Positions 41,404 through 50,403 of a stretch of DNA of 64,000 nt are shown here, piece after piece (the first letter of the stretch is position 1; the number at the start of each line of letters is the position of its first letter). Made by a program: the position numbers and the translations under genes. A model generated the notes under the pieces. That model was not told where the DNA came from. It did no database searches and saw nothing but the letters and a program-made list of their open reading frames with translations. The stretch is from an uncultured Erysipelotrichaceae bacterium (GTDB lineage Bacteria > Bacillota_I > Bacilli_A > RF39 > UBA660): the NCBI GenBank assembly GCA_902795215.1, contig CADBKG010000010.1:139-64138 (forward strand), read 5' to 3'.

Positions 41404-43417
41404 TTTTTATGTTATCTCCTTCTGTTTCAATTAAATTATACACAATAATATCATTGGATATCTCAAGTACTTTTTCTGTATATTCTTTACCATTTTCTAT
41501 TGTATTTTCATCTATGACTGCTGATTCTTTAAGTACTTTATATTCTCCTTTTGAATTATTATAGTATACATTTGATGTTAAGAAATTACCATTTGGGAAA
41601 GGTATAATATTATTATCTTTAATTTCAAATATATCATGACCTAGGGCGTATTTACTACTAAAACCAATCATATTTCCAACTGTTGGTAATACATCTATCA
41701 TGCCCATATAATAATCTACTGTTTTTGAATATGTATGTTTTTTATCCCATATTATAAGTGGCGTATTTCTATTTAACTCATTAGCATAATAATCATAATT
41801 TATATAACCTTCATCTTCCTTGGTTTTAAGTCTTCCAAGCTCTGGACTATAGTTAAACAAATAATTATATTCACTTGAAGCAAGTTTAGCATCATGGTCA
41901 CCATAAAAGACTACAACTGTATTATCAAATAAATTATTTTCATATAGGTAATTTATAAATTCGCCTAGACACTTATCAGCATAATGAACACTTTTTATAT
42001 AATCACCTATTTTTGTTCCCTCTAAATATTTATCTTCAACTTCTTCAGTTTCTCCTGTTTTTTCGTTTACCCTAGTAACCTTTTTAGTAAGTGGGAATTC
42101 ACCATATGCATCTCCACCATCCCATGGTGTATGGTTAGTAAGAGATATTATTGTTCCAACATAGTGTTCATGCTCTTTTTCTATTTTTTGTAGTATTGGA
42201 ACAGCTTGCTTATAAAACTCATGATCAGATAATCCAAGTCCTATTGTTGTTTCATCCGTTACTGTATATGAATCTTTTGCATAAAAATCATCATATCCTA
42301 AACTTTTATACATATTTTCTCTATTCCACATACTTGCATTATTAGCATGCATACTAAATGCATAATATCCTTTTTCTTTAAGTATATTTTCTATAGATGG
42401 ATATGTTCTATCATAATAACTAACAAACACTGTTCCACTTGCAACTGGCATAAGCGAATCGTTTAAAGTAAACTCAGTATCACTAGATGTACCAGTACTT
42501 ACTTCTGAATAAAAATGATTAAAGTATAATCCTTGTTTTGTTAGTTTATTAATATTAGGAGTTACTTCTTCTCCATTAATTTTCATATCAATAAACATAT
42601 TCATCATACTTTCCATATGAACAAATACAACGTTTTTACCTTTATAAGCATTTGTATATTTATTATTAGATTTAACTATTTCCTTGTTGTTATAATAATC
42701 ATTGAACTTTTTAGCAGCTTCATCATATCCAAAATAAGAAGATAATCTAGTTTGAGTATTTTGTACAACGTCATTTAATTGATATATAACAATACCATAT
42801 CTTTGTACTATATATTCTCTATTCCATTGCTTTACTAATCTACTTACATCCGCGCCTTTTAAAGTCAGAATATTAATACATAAACAAATTATTCCAACTA
42901 AAAGTGCAGTGCTAAAGTTTTTTCTGCTTTTTTCAATTTTTTCTACATAGTGATAGTAGTTATGTCCTTTTAATTTTTTGTTTATATAAGCAAGAACTAT
43001 TGGAAATATTGCAAAAACTGCATATCCAATATTTAATTTGTCCCATACTGCATCTGATACAGATTCTACTTGACCTAATGTTTCAAGTAATGCAATTGTA
43101 ACAAAAGAGTTAAAAAAAGCAAAATATATTAAATTAACAGTACATAATATACAAACTATAATTAATAAAGTTTGAAAGTATTTATATTGTTTTTTAGGTT
43201 TAAAAATATATCCAAATGCAGCGAATATAATAGCAACTGCTACATCAAAAAACATTGTTTTTAAACTAAATGATTGATTGCCAAGGGTTAATACCTTTAA
43301 AAGAGATGTTGCAACTACTGTTAAAATAATAAATGAGATAAATAATCTATTTGTTAATATAAAAGTAATTACACCCTTTTTATTACGGCTTATATATTCT
43401 TTAATTTTATTTATCAT
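41396..43417 (-). CDS. ltaS: LTA synthase family protein
   Basis: Five TMs, HMES, G.SSD.EF, SLTNH.P, YGDH, G.IDVLPT. Confidence 0.88.
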   Translation of the reverse strand: MINKIKEYISRNKKGVITFILTNRLFISFIILTVVATSLLKVLTLGNQSFSLKTMFFDVAVAIIFAAFGYIFKPKKQYKYFQTLLIIVCILCTVNLIYFAFFNSFVTIALLETLGQVESVSDAVWDKLNIGYAVFAIFPIVLAYINKKLKGHNYYHYVEKIEKSRKNFSTALLVGIICLCINILTLKGADVSRLVKQWNREYIVQRYGIVIYQLNDVVQNTQTRLSSYFGYDEAAKKFNDYYNNKEIVKSNNKYTNAYKGKNVVFVHMESMMNMFIDMKINGEEVTPNINKLTKQGLYFNHFYSEVSTGTSSDTEFTLNDSLMPVASGTVFVSYYDRTYPSIENILKEKGYYAFSMHANNASMWNRENMYKSLGYDDFYAKDSYTVTDETTIGLGLSDHEFYKQAVPILQKIEKEHEHYVGTIISLTNHTPWDGGDAYGEFPLTKKVTRVNEKTGETEEVEDKYLEGTKIGDYIKSVHYADKCLGEFINYLYENNLFDNTVVVFYGDHDAKLASSEYNYLFNYSPELGRLKTKEDEGYINYDYYANELNRNTPLIIWDKKHTYSKTVDYYMGMIDVLPTVGNMIGFSSKYALGHDIFEIKDNNIIPFPNGNFLTSNVYYNNSKGEYKVLKESAVIDENTIENGKEYTEKVLEISNDIIVYNLIETEGDNIKNE

Positions 43418-43517
43418 ATTTATTCCCTTCTTATGAAAACATTATATCAAATAATTAAGATAATTAATATATTTTTCTTGTAAATAGTTAAAAAATATGA
43501 TATATTATTAGCGCAAC

Positions 43518-43592
43518 GCAGGTGTAGTACAGCGGTTAGTATGCGGCCTTGCCAAGGCTGAGACGGCGGTTCGATTCCGCTCACTTGCTCCA
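43518..43592 (+). tRNA. tRNA-Gly(GCC)
   Basis: GCAGGTG/CACTTGC acceptor stem, anticodon arm CGGCC-TTGCCAA-GGCTG, GGTTCGATTCC, CCA end. Confidence 0.97.
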
Positions 43593-43751
43593 TTTGTAAA
43601 AAACGTCGCAATGAGCGATATATAAATAAAGCTTAATTTGAAAGAATTAAGTTTTTTTGTGTATCCGACTCCAAGAGTTAGGTTGAAAGTCATATAAATA
43701 CCATCCTTCAAAGAAAGGATGGTGAGTTTTCTCATATAATTATACTTTAAT

Positions 43752-44195
43752 TTATCTGCCTAATCTTGACGATGGAGATTCAATAGGTCCAAGTTCTTTT
43801 TCTGCTTCTTCAATCATTTCTTCATATCTCTCATTTCTTCTTTGTTGGATTGATTCATTATTTAACCAGGCTTGCGTAGATAATGCTTCTGTTAATGCTT
43901 TTCCTCTTTTTATTCTGGCAGAATCATGTATAGTTCTTGCATAACCTTCTGGTTCAGGATTTTCTGCTTCACCTACAGAATTATCTTTATTATTTAATGT
44001 TTGATCTAATATAAGGTTAACTCGATTTAGCGTTTCATTAATTTTAGCAACACCATCTGTGTCTCCTGCTAACTCTTTTTGTTTTTTTTCTTCTTCTAAT
44101 TGTTCAATTCTTTTAATCACTTGAATAATTTGTTGCTTTAAATTATCTTGTGTTTCCTTCATTTTATTTAGTTCCTCTATTAATCCGGCATTCAT
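43752..44195 (-). CDS. hypothetical coiled-coil protein
   Basis: AGGAGGG SD; heptad-rich sequence. Confidence 0.75.
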   Translation of the reverse strand: MNAGLIEELNKMKETQDNLKQQIIQVIKRIEQLEEEKKQKELAGDTDGVAKINETLNRVNLILDQTLNNKDNSVGEAENPEPEGYARTIHDSARIKRGKALTEALSTQAWLNNESIQQRRNERYEEMIEEAEKELGPIESPSSRLGR

Positions 44196-44388
44196 AATCG
44201 TCCCTCCTATAATAATTTTATCAAAATATGTTTATATAGACAATAGGCATATTGCCAAAATGTCATAAGATAATAAAGGGACTTATAACAAATATTGTTA
44301 AAGTATTTGATATAAATATAATTAGGTTCTATTTTCTTTACATTTGAAATGTTTCTAATACGAAACACAAAATTATTCATCTTTAATT

Positions 44389-45039
44389 TTATTTCTTTAA
44401 TGGTTTATAGTCATTTAAAGATAGTTTGTTACCCTTTTTCATTATTTTTTCGCTTACTAATTCCAATTCAAATAAAGAACGAGCTTGCAAATAATAATGT
44501 TTCAATAACTCCACATCAAAATATTCTTTGTTTTGCTTTTTTTCATAGAGGCTTTTTAAATGATTTAATGCATCTATTTTATTATCAAAATCAAAATTAT
44601 CTGTTTCATTTATAATTTTATTAGTAGTCTCTATTTTTTCATCTATTGGAATCAACTCATCATCCGTTGGATAGTTTAAAAATTGATATATACTATATGG
44701 CTCATCAGCAAAAATATTTCCAACAATAAATGCTAAGTAAGGCATATTAACTTTTGTACCTTCAACACCGATAGAGTCATCATGATAGCTCCAAGGTTCA
44801 TTAGAAGTATAGCGATATATTCTTTTTATATTTTCAAACATAGGATCACCATTTGGTAAATCAGCTCCTGAAATAAACCTATTGCCTTCGAACTTTGCAT
44901 CAGATGGTGCAGTAAAGGTACCTTCAGTTTTATAACTAGCGTTTTTAATAATATCATCTAATAATTTTTTTAGTTTTTCACTATCATAATAAACTGAATA
45001 AACTCTCTCAATAGTACCATTTGTTTCTATAAATTCCAT
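44389..45039 (-). CDS. hypothetical protein
   Basis: GAGGA SD; 216 aa, no recognised motif. Confidence 0.75.
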   Translation of the reverse strand: MEFIETNGTIERVYSVYYDSEKLKKLLDDIIKNASYKTEGTFTAPSDAKFEGNRFISGADLPNGDPMFENIKRIYRYTSNEPWSYHDDSIGVEGTKVNMPYLAFIVGNIFADEPYSIYQFLNYPTDDELIPIDEKIETTNKIINETDNFDFDNKIDALNHLKSLYEKKQNKEYFDVELLKHYYLQARSLFELELVSEKIMKKGNKLSLNDYKPLKK

Positions 45040-45127
45040 AATAATCTTCCTCTTGGTTGACTATTATACCACATTTTTTATAAATTCAAATAATTATAAT
45101 ATAAAAACTTACGAGTTAGTTCGTAAG

Positions 45128-46885
45128 TTATTTTTTGTTTTCATTTGCGTATTTAGATTTATATACACTATCAAGTATTTCCTTTATAGTTTCTTTTGGT
45201 GTATCAGCGGTGTTAAATATTCTCATAATATATTCTGCATCTTGGAATTTTTCTTTCCATTCTTCATCAGAAAACTTTTTGCCTTCATATTCTTCACATA
45301 CTTTTCTAACTTCATCTACATCTTCAAATACTGCTGTATAAAAATCTATATCCATAGCTTTTATCTGTTCATCAGTTAGTTTAATAACTAAAGATTCAAA
45401 ATACTTATTAATATAATCAAGTTTTAAATTAACTGTTTCTTCATCAAGGCCATAAGATAAAAGTAAATCTTTTGAATCGACAAGTGATTTTAATTTAGTA
45501 TATAAATCAGCTTCTCTTAAACCTAAATTATGGTCTTTCTTTACTTTAACATTTCTTATGCTTTGAAGTTCATCAACCATAAAATAAGCATCTTTAAATA
45601 TTTTCATCAAATACTCTTTCGCGTAATTATCTAATTTTTGTTTTAATGTATTAAAGGCGTTTTTTAAATATCTTTCATTTGTTATTTCTTCTGTTGTTTC
45701 TTTTAACCATGTATTTCTGTAACCATAAGGGGTATTGAAATTTCCATCTCTATCAAATGTGCAATCATTAAGTATTTTGGCATTTACATCTTCTCCATTA
45801 AATTTGCTTATTGATGGATTGTATCCAATTACATCTAAAAGATATGGGTTTCTTAATTTAAAGAATGGATATTTATTCTTTTCAATAACACCATGTATTT
45901 CTAAAAAGCTATTTAAAGAATCATAGTTATATTCATCTTTAGCGCTATTTTCATATTTGTATTTTATAAGATCAATTGGTAATAGTTTTAATTCTTCCTC
46001 ACTTGTTTTAAATGCAGGTTTATTATTTATTTTTCTTCTTTCTATTCTGCTTTTAATTACTTGATAGTCATGTCTTAAAGATTCTACTTCAAATGGTACT
46101 ATATCGTATTCTTTTTCTTCATCATCTAGTATATATTTATTGTTTTGATCTGTAATTGTTTGGCCTTCCCAAAGATCATCTTTTAAATCATGACCTCTGT
46201 GAGAGTAAAAATCTTTATCTAGACCATAATAATTAAATTCACAAACATCGTCTTTTAATTTATTTGCACATTCCCACGTTATTTCTAACCCTCTATATTT
46301 TCCATCGATTATAGCAAGTACCCAATCATGAAAATGTTTTTTGTTTTGAAATATGTTTTTTATACCTAATCTATCAAGACCTTCTTTAAATATAATTGCA
46401 AAACCTGCGCATACAGCTTTTTTATAAAGTATTCCGTTTAATCCTCTTGAAGTAATTTTATTATCTAATTTTGATTCATAGCTCTCGTCATACGTAAAAT
46501 CTTTTGTTATTGCATCGTATAAAATCATTGTTTTTTGATTTTCTGTTAAAGAATCATCAATATTTTTTTCTATAGACTCATAATATTTAATTATTTCTGT
46601 TAATCCTTTAGGAGATAGCATTGTTCTTTTAATATATTCATTATTTTTATATTTTTCTTTATTAAAATAATCATATCCTCCTCGAACACTAAAAAAGATA
46701 TTTGGAGACATTATTTGATCAATTAAATTACTGGTAAGATTTTTAGTATTTTCTAATATTAAAGTAGTTTTTCTTGGGAACCTGTTTAATTTTTTTATAT
46801 CCTCTAGTGTAAGAGTTCCAACGACTTCATAGAAATCACTATCTTTAGGTAAAAACAAATCTTCTCTTTTAATTAACTCTGCCAT
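45128..46885 (-). CDS. transglutaminase-like (Cys-His-acid) domain protein
   Basis: AVCAGFA..F...L..LGI, HDWV...IDG, LEITW; AGGAGG SD; no signal peptide. Confidence 0.75.
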   Translation of the reverse strand: MAELIKREDLFLPKDSDFYEVVGTLTLEDIKKLNRFPRKTTLILENTKNLTSNLIDQIMSPNIFFSVRGGYDYFNKEKYKNNEYIKRTMLSPKGLTEIIKYYESIEKNIDDSLTENQKTMILYDAITKDFTYDESYESKLDNKITSRGLNGILYKKAVCAGFAIIFKEGLDRLGIKNIFQNKKHFHDWVLAIIDGKYRGLEITWECANKLKDDVCEFNYYGLDKDFYSHRGHDLKDDLWEGQTITDQNNKYILDDEEKEYDIVPFEVESLRHDYQVIKSRIERRKINNKPAFKTSEEELKLLPIDLIKYKYENSAKDEYNYDSLNSFLEIHGVIEKNKYPFFKLRNPYLLDVIGYNPSISKFNGEDVNAKILNDCTFDRDGNFNTPYGYRNTWLKETTEEITNERYLKNAFNTLKQKLDNYAKEYLMKIFKDAYFMVDELQSIRNVKVKKDHNLGLREADLYTKLKSLVDSKDLLLSYGLDEETVNLKLDYINKYFESLVIKLTDEQIKAMDIDFYTAVFEDVDEVRKVCEEYEGKKFSDEEWKEKFQDAEYIMRIFNTADTPKETIKEILDSVYKSKYANENKK

Positions 46886-46972
46886 GATACCTCCTATGTT
46901 ATATATTTAATTATACCATATATATTTACAAATGTTTTATAAAAAGTTAAAATGATATCAAATGGAGGAAAT

Positions 46973-47392
46973 ATGAAAAGTGTATTATTTGTATGCCATG
47001 GAAATATTTGTCGTTCTCCTATGGCAGAATATATATTAAAATCATTAGATGATAGCATTAAAGTTGAATCAAGAGCGACTTCAAAAGAAGAAATTGGTAA
47101 TGATATTTACCCTAATGCTAAAGAAGAACTAAAAAAACATAATATCGCATTTGAAAGGCACTATGCAAAACAAATAACAATAGATGATTATAACAGTTTT
47201 GATTTAATAGTTTGTTTTGATGATTATAATATTAAAAATCTAAAAAGATTAATTAATGATGATAAAAAAGTAATAAAACTTTTAGATAAAGACATAGATG
47301 ATCCTTGGTATACAAGAGATTTTGAAAAGGCATATAGTGAAATATATGATGGATGTATTAGACTTTTAGCCAAAATAAAAAGACGAAATTAA
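46973..47392 (+). CDS. low molecular weight protein-tyrosine phosphatase
   Basis: FVCHGNICRSPMAE, DPWY. Confidence 0.95.
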   Translation: MKSVLFVCHGNICRSPMAEYILKSLDDSIKVESRATSKEEIGNDIYPNAKEELKKHNIAFERHYAKQITIDDYNSFDLIVCFDDYNIKNLKRLINDDKKVIKLLDKDIDDPWYTRDFEKAYSEIYDGCIRLLAKIKRRN

Positions 47393-47946
47393 TGAGTTTT
47401 TCCGTCTCTTTTTTTTGGAACATTAAAATACTCATAAAACTCTTCTTTTAATCCTGCTGGAATATATTGGTCAATACCCTCCCATTCAGGATTATTATGT
47501 TGTATATTATATTCTCGTTGTCTTTGAATATTTCTTTTTGCTAAAGAAAGTTCTACTTTGTTGGCTTCTTGCAAAGATTCAGTCTCAAAATATTGCATTT
47601 TTAACGCTGCTGTCTTTGGCGCTCTTGAATTTGAATTCTGTTTTTCAGTTTTTATAGGATCTTTTTTAAAGTTATTGCATTTCTCAACAACAAATTTATC
47701 AACTATAAATTCATTTTCTCCATTCTCGTTTAAACCATAGCTAATAATTTGATATCCTTGTGTAATAAACCCATAATAATTAATATTTCTTTTTCTTGCG
47801 TCAGCTACCTTTTTACATCTATTTGGACACCCATTATTGCACTCAATACATAAATGTGGCTTTTGATTATAGTTTTCTAATAATTCCTTTTTGTAAGAAG
47901 TTCTTTTAGATTCACCATTTATTTTTCTTATAATGTATTTTTCCAT
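47389..47946 (-). CDS. hypothetical Cys-rich protein
   Basis: C..C...C...C plus a distal C; GGGGGG SD. Confidence 0.7.
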   Translation of the reverse strand: MEKYIIRKINGESKRTSYKKELLENYNQKPHLCIECNNGCPNRCKKVADARKRNINYYGFITQGYQIISYGLNENGENEFIVDKFVVEKCNNFKKDPIKTEKQNSNSRAPKTAALKMQYFETESLQEANKVELSLAKRNIQRQREYNIQHNNPEWEGIDQYIPAGLKEEFYEYFNVPKKRDGKTH

Positions 47947-48013
47947 TAAAATACCCCCCTTTGAAAAGTGTTTTTATTATACTCGTTTTTGCATTATTGT
48001 CAAGCAATTTTTA

Positions 48014-49117
48014 CTACTTTTTAGTTGTTCTAGCCTTATTGATATCTATTATAGTTCCTTCCTTTTTATCATTATCATCATTAAGTAATGGCGCTAAATC
48101 AGGATAAACATCTCCTTCTATGAATATTTTTTTAGCTATTTCTAATCCTATATTGATATTTCTTTGATCTATTAGGCTGATATTATCACCTAAGTAATAC
48201 TTCATAGTTTCAACATCTTCTGAGTCATAAGTTAAAACATTTTTTAACTCTTGATCATTACAATATTTTTCCTTAAAAAGTTTAATAATATAATTTGTTA
48301 AATGATCTGTTTCATAACTAACTAGTTCATAATTTGAATCAAGTAATTCACCTATTTTTTCCCTCAAGAAGCCTTCATTTTTTTCAACATTATTTTTAAA
48401 AACAGCATCCCATCTTTTATAATAATCGCTAACTCTTTCTTTTAAATCATCAAGAAGTTCTATATGCCTAGCGACATACCAATATAATACATCATCATAA
48501 GATTCAATTATTGATAAAAGTGTTTTTACTACTTTTCTTGGACTAATGTTTTCTTTACTAGAAAGCCTTTCATGAAGAGTTTCCTCTAATGGGTATAATT
48601 CTTTATCAAAGTAATCTTCTAATTGAACTTTTGCCATATAATTTATAATTCCCTCATATCCAACAAACACATGTTCTACATTAATAAATTTTACTTCTTC
48701 AAGGTGAATAAAAAGTTTAATTGCCTTAGCATGATTAGTCATCCTACATTTGACAAGCCTATCAGATCTTTTTTTATCTAATCTATCTTTACCTATATTA
48801 GAATAAAATTTTTCTAAAAGAATCTCTGCTTCAAATATATCACAAAAATCTTCTTGTTCTTCATGTATTGTTTTATAATCACTCACAATTTGTTCAACAA
48901 ATTCTACATCTTCACCATATTCATTCATTATATATTTAACAAAATTTATATCTTTTTTTACATTTTCACCGGCATGAAAAGCCATTTTCTTATCATCTGA
49001 TTGTTCAATAGCGGCAATTATAAAATCTAAATCATTTTCTAATTCATCAAAGTTAACATCTTGTACTTCTTCTCCTAATAAATACCTATCGATTAGGCTT
49101 TTACTATATTTTGACAT
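48014..49117 (-). CDS. hypothetical acidic helical protein
   Basis: 367-aa ORF, AGGGGG SD. Confidence 0.75.
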   Translation of the reverse strand: MSKYSKSLIDRYLLGEEVQDVNFDELENDLDFIIAAIEQSDDKKMAFHAGENVKKDINFVKYIMNEYGEDVEFVEQIVSDYKTIHEEQEDFCDIFEAEILLEKFYSNIGKDRLDKKRSDRLVKCRMTNHAKAIKLFIHLEEVKFINVEHVFVGYEGIINYMAKVQLEDYFDKELYPLEETLHERLSSKENISPRKVVKTLLSIIESYDDVLYWYVARHIELLDDLKERVSDYYKRWDAVFKNNVEKNEGFLREKIGELLDSNYELVSYETDHLTNYIIKLFKEKYCNDQELKNVLTYDSEDVETMKYYLGDNISLIDQRNINIGLEIAKKIFIEGDVYPDLAPLLNDDNDKKEGTIIDINKARTTKK

Positions 49118-49251
49118 AATAAAACCCCCTTTTTTGTTGAGTAATATTATATATATTATTTATAAAAAGTCAATAGAAATAGATGGTTATTGACGTTTTT
49201 TATAGAATTTTTCAAACTATTATGATATATTAAGCATATAAGGAGTGTATT

Positions 49252-50073
49252 ATGGCAAAGAAAAAGGAAATTGTTGATATCGCTAAGAATAAGAAAAAAA
49301 GCGATGAAATGTATGGAAAAGACAAAAAAGGGAACATAATTAAGCTTGAAGAGAAAGGAAATCCTAAAGGAAGAGCTAAAACAAAAAGAATATTAGCAAT
49401 TTGTTTTTGGTTAATAGCAATCTTTTTTGAAGTAGTTGGTATTTTAAGACTTAAAGATGTTATTAATTGGTTTAGTTCTTTAAGTGAAACTACGTTTTTG
49501 ATTATTTGTTTAGTTTTAGATCTAGGGTTTGTAGTAGCAGGATCTCAATTTTGGAAAAAAGCTAATCATATCGATCCAATTTCAGAAAAGGATAAAACTA
49601 AATTCTGGATTTGGAATAATTTAGGTACAATACTTTCAGTAATAGCGTTTTTACCAATCATTATTCTAGTTTTAAGCGATAAAGATATGGATAAAAAATC
49701 AAAAGGTATTGTAAGTGTGGTAGCAATTATAGCTCTTTTAATTGCTGGTTTCACAAGTTATGATTATAACCCAGTATCAAGCGAACAATTAGCGCAAGCA
49801 CAAAGAGAAGTTGAAGCAGTAAGTCCTGATGGTATTGTATATTGGGCACCACATAGTAAAAAATATCATGTTGATCCTGATTGCCCAGCATTTTCTAATA
49901 GTGAAACAATTTATAAAGGAACAGTAGCAATGGCTTTTGAAAAGAACTTAACTGAACCTTGTAGAAGATGTATTCCTGCATTAGAGGATGAAGAGGATGA
50001 AGATCACGACCATAATCACGAAAGTGAATCTAAAAAGGTAGAGTCAACCAAAAAGAAAGTTGAAAAGAAATAG
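49252..50073 (+). CDS. four-TM membrane protein with C-terminal His/Cys metal-binding motif
   Basis: TM helices; VYW....KKYH...DC ... PCRRC. Confidence 0.75.
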   Translation: MAKKKEIVDIAKNKKKSDEMYGKDKKGNIIKLEEKGNPKGRAKTKRILAICFWLIAIFFEVVGILRLKDVINWFSSLSETTFLIICLVLDLGFVVAGSQFWKKANHIDPISEKDKTKFWIWNNLGTILSVIAFLPIIILVLSDKDMDKKSKGIVSVVAIIALLIAGFTSYDYNPVSSEQLAQAQREVEAVSPDGIVYWAPHSKKYHVDPDCPAFSNSETIYKGTVAMAFEKNLTEPCRRCIPALEDEEDEDHDHNHESESKKVESTKKKVEKK

Positions 50074-50082
50074 GAGTAAAGC

Positions 50083-50352
50083 ATGGCAAAAAAAATCGTA
50101 GAAGTTAAAGAAACAAAAAAATCTAAATCTAAGCTAGACATTTCAAAAATTAAGGAATTCGCTGAAGATAATCCAGAACTAGTTGAACTTGCAAAAGATA
50201 AGATTATTGATTTACTAGATGGTGACGATGATAAATCATCTAAAAAATCTAGTTCTAAAAAATCATCTAGCAAAAAGAGTAAAAAATCAGATTCTGATAA
50301 TTTATCTACTCTAATTAAAGTAGCTGGAACCATATTAAACGACAAAAAATAA
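50083..50352 (+). CDS. hypothetical Lys/Ser-rich protein
   Basis: AGGAG SD; follows the membrane-protein gene; terminator at about 50360-50390. Confidence 0.65.
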   Translation: MAKKIVEVKETKKSKSKLDISKIKEFAEDNPELVELAKDKIIDLLDGDDDKSSKKSSSKKSSSKKSKKSDSDNLSTLIKVAGTILNDKK

Positions 50353-50403
50353 TTATATTAAAAAGAGAAAAAATATTTTTCTCTTTTTTATTGTATTATT
50401 ATT

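Noticed and set aside
43508..43735. 75-aa minus-strand ORF
   Set aside because: Runs antisense through the whole tRNA-Gly; likely a shadow ORF
43518..49117. Prophage or integrative element at tRNA-Gly
   Set aside because: No integrase, no phage structural genes and no duplicated tRNA 3' end seen
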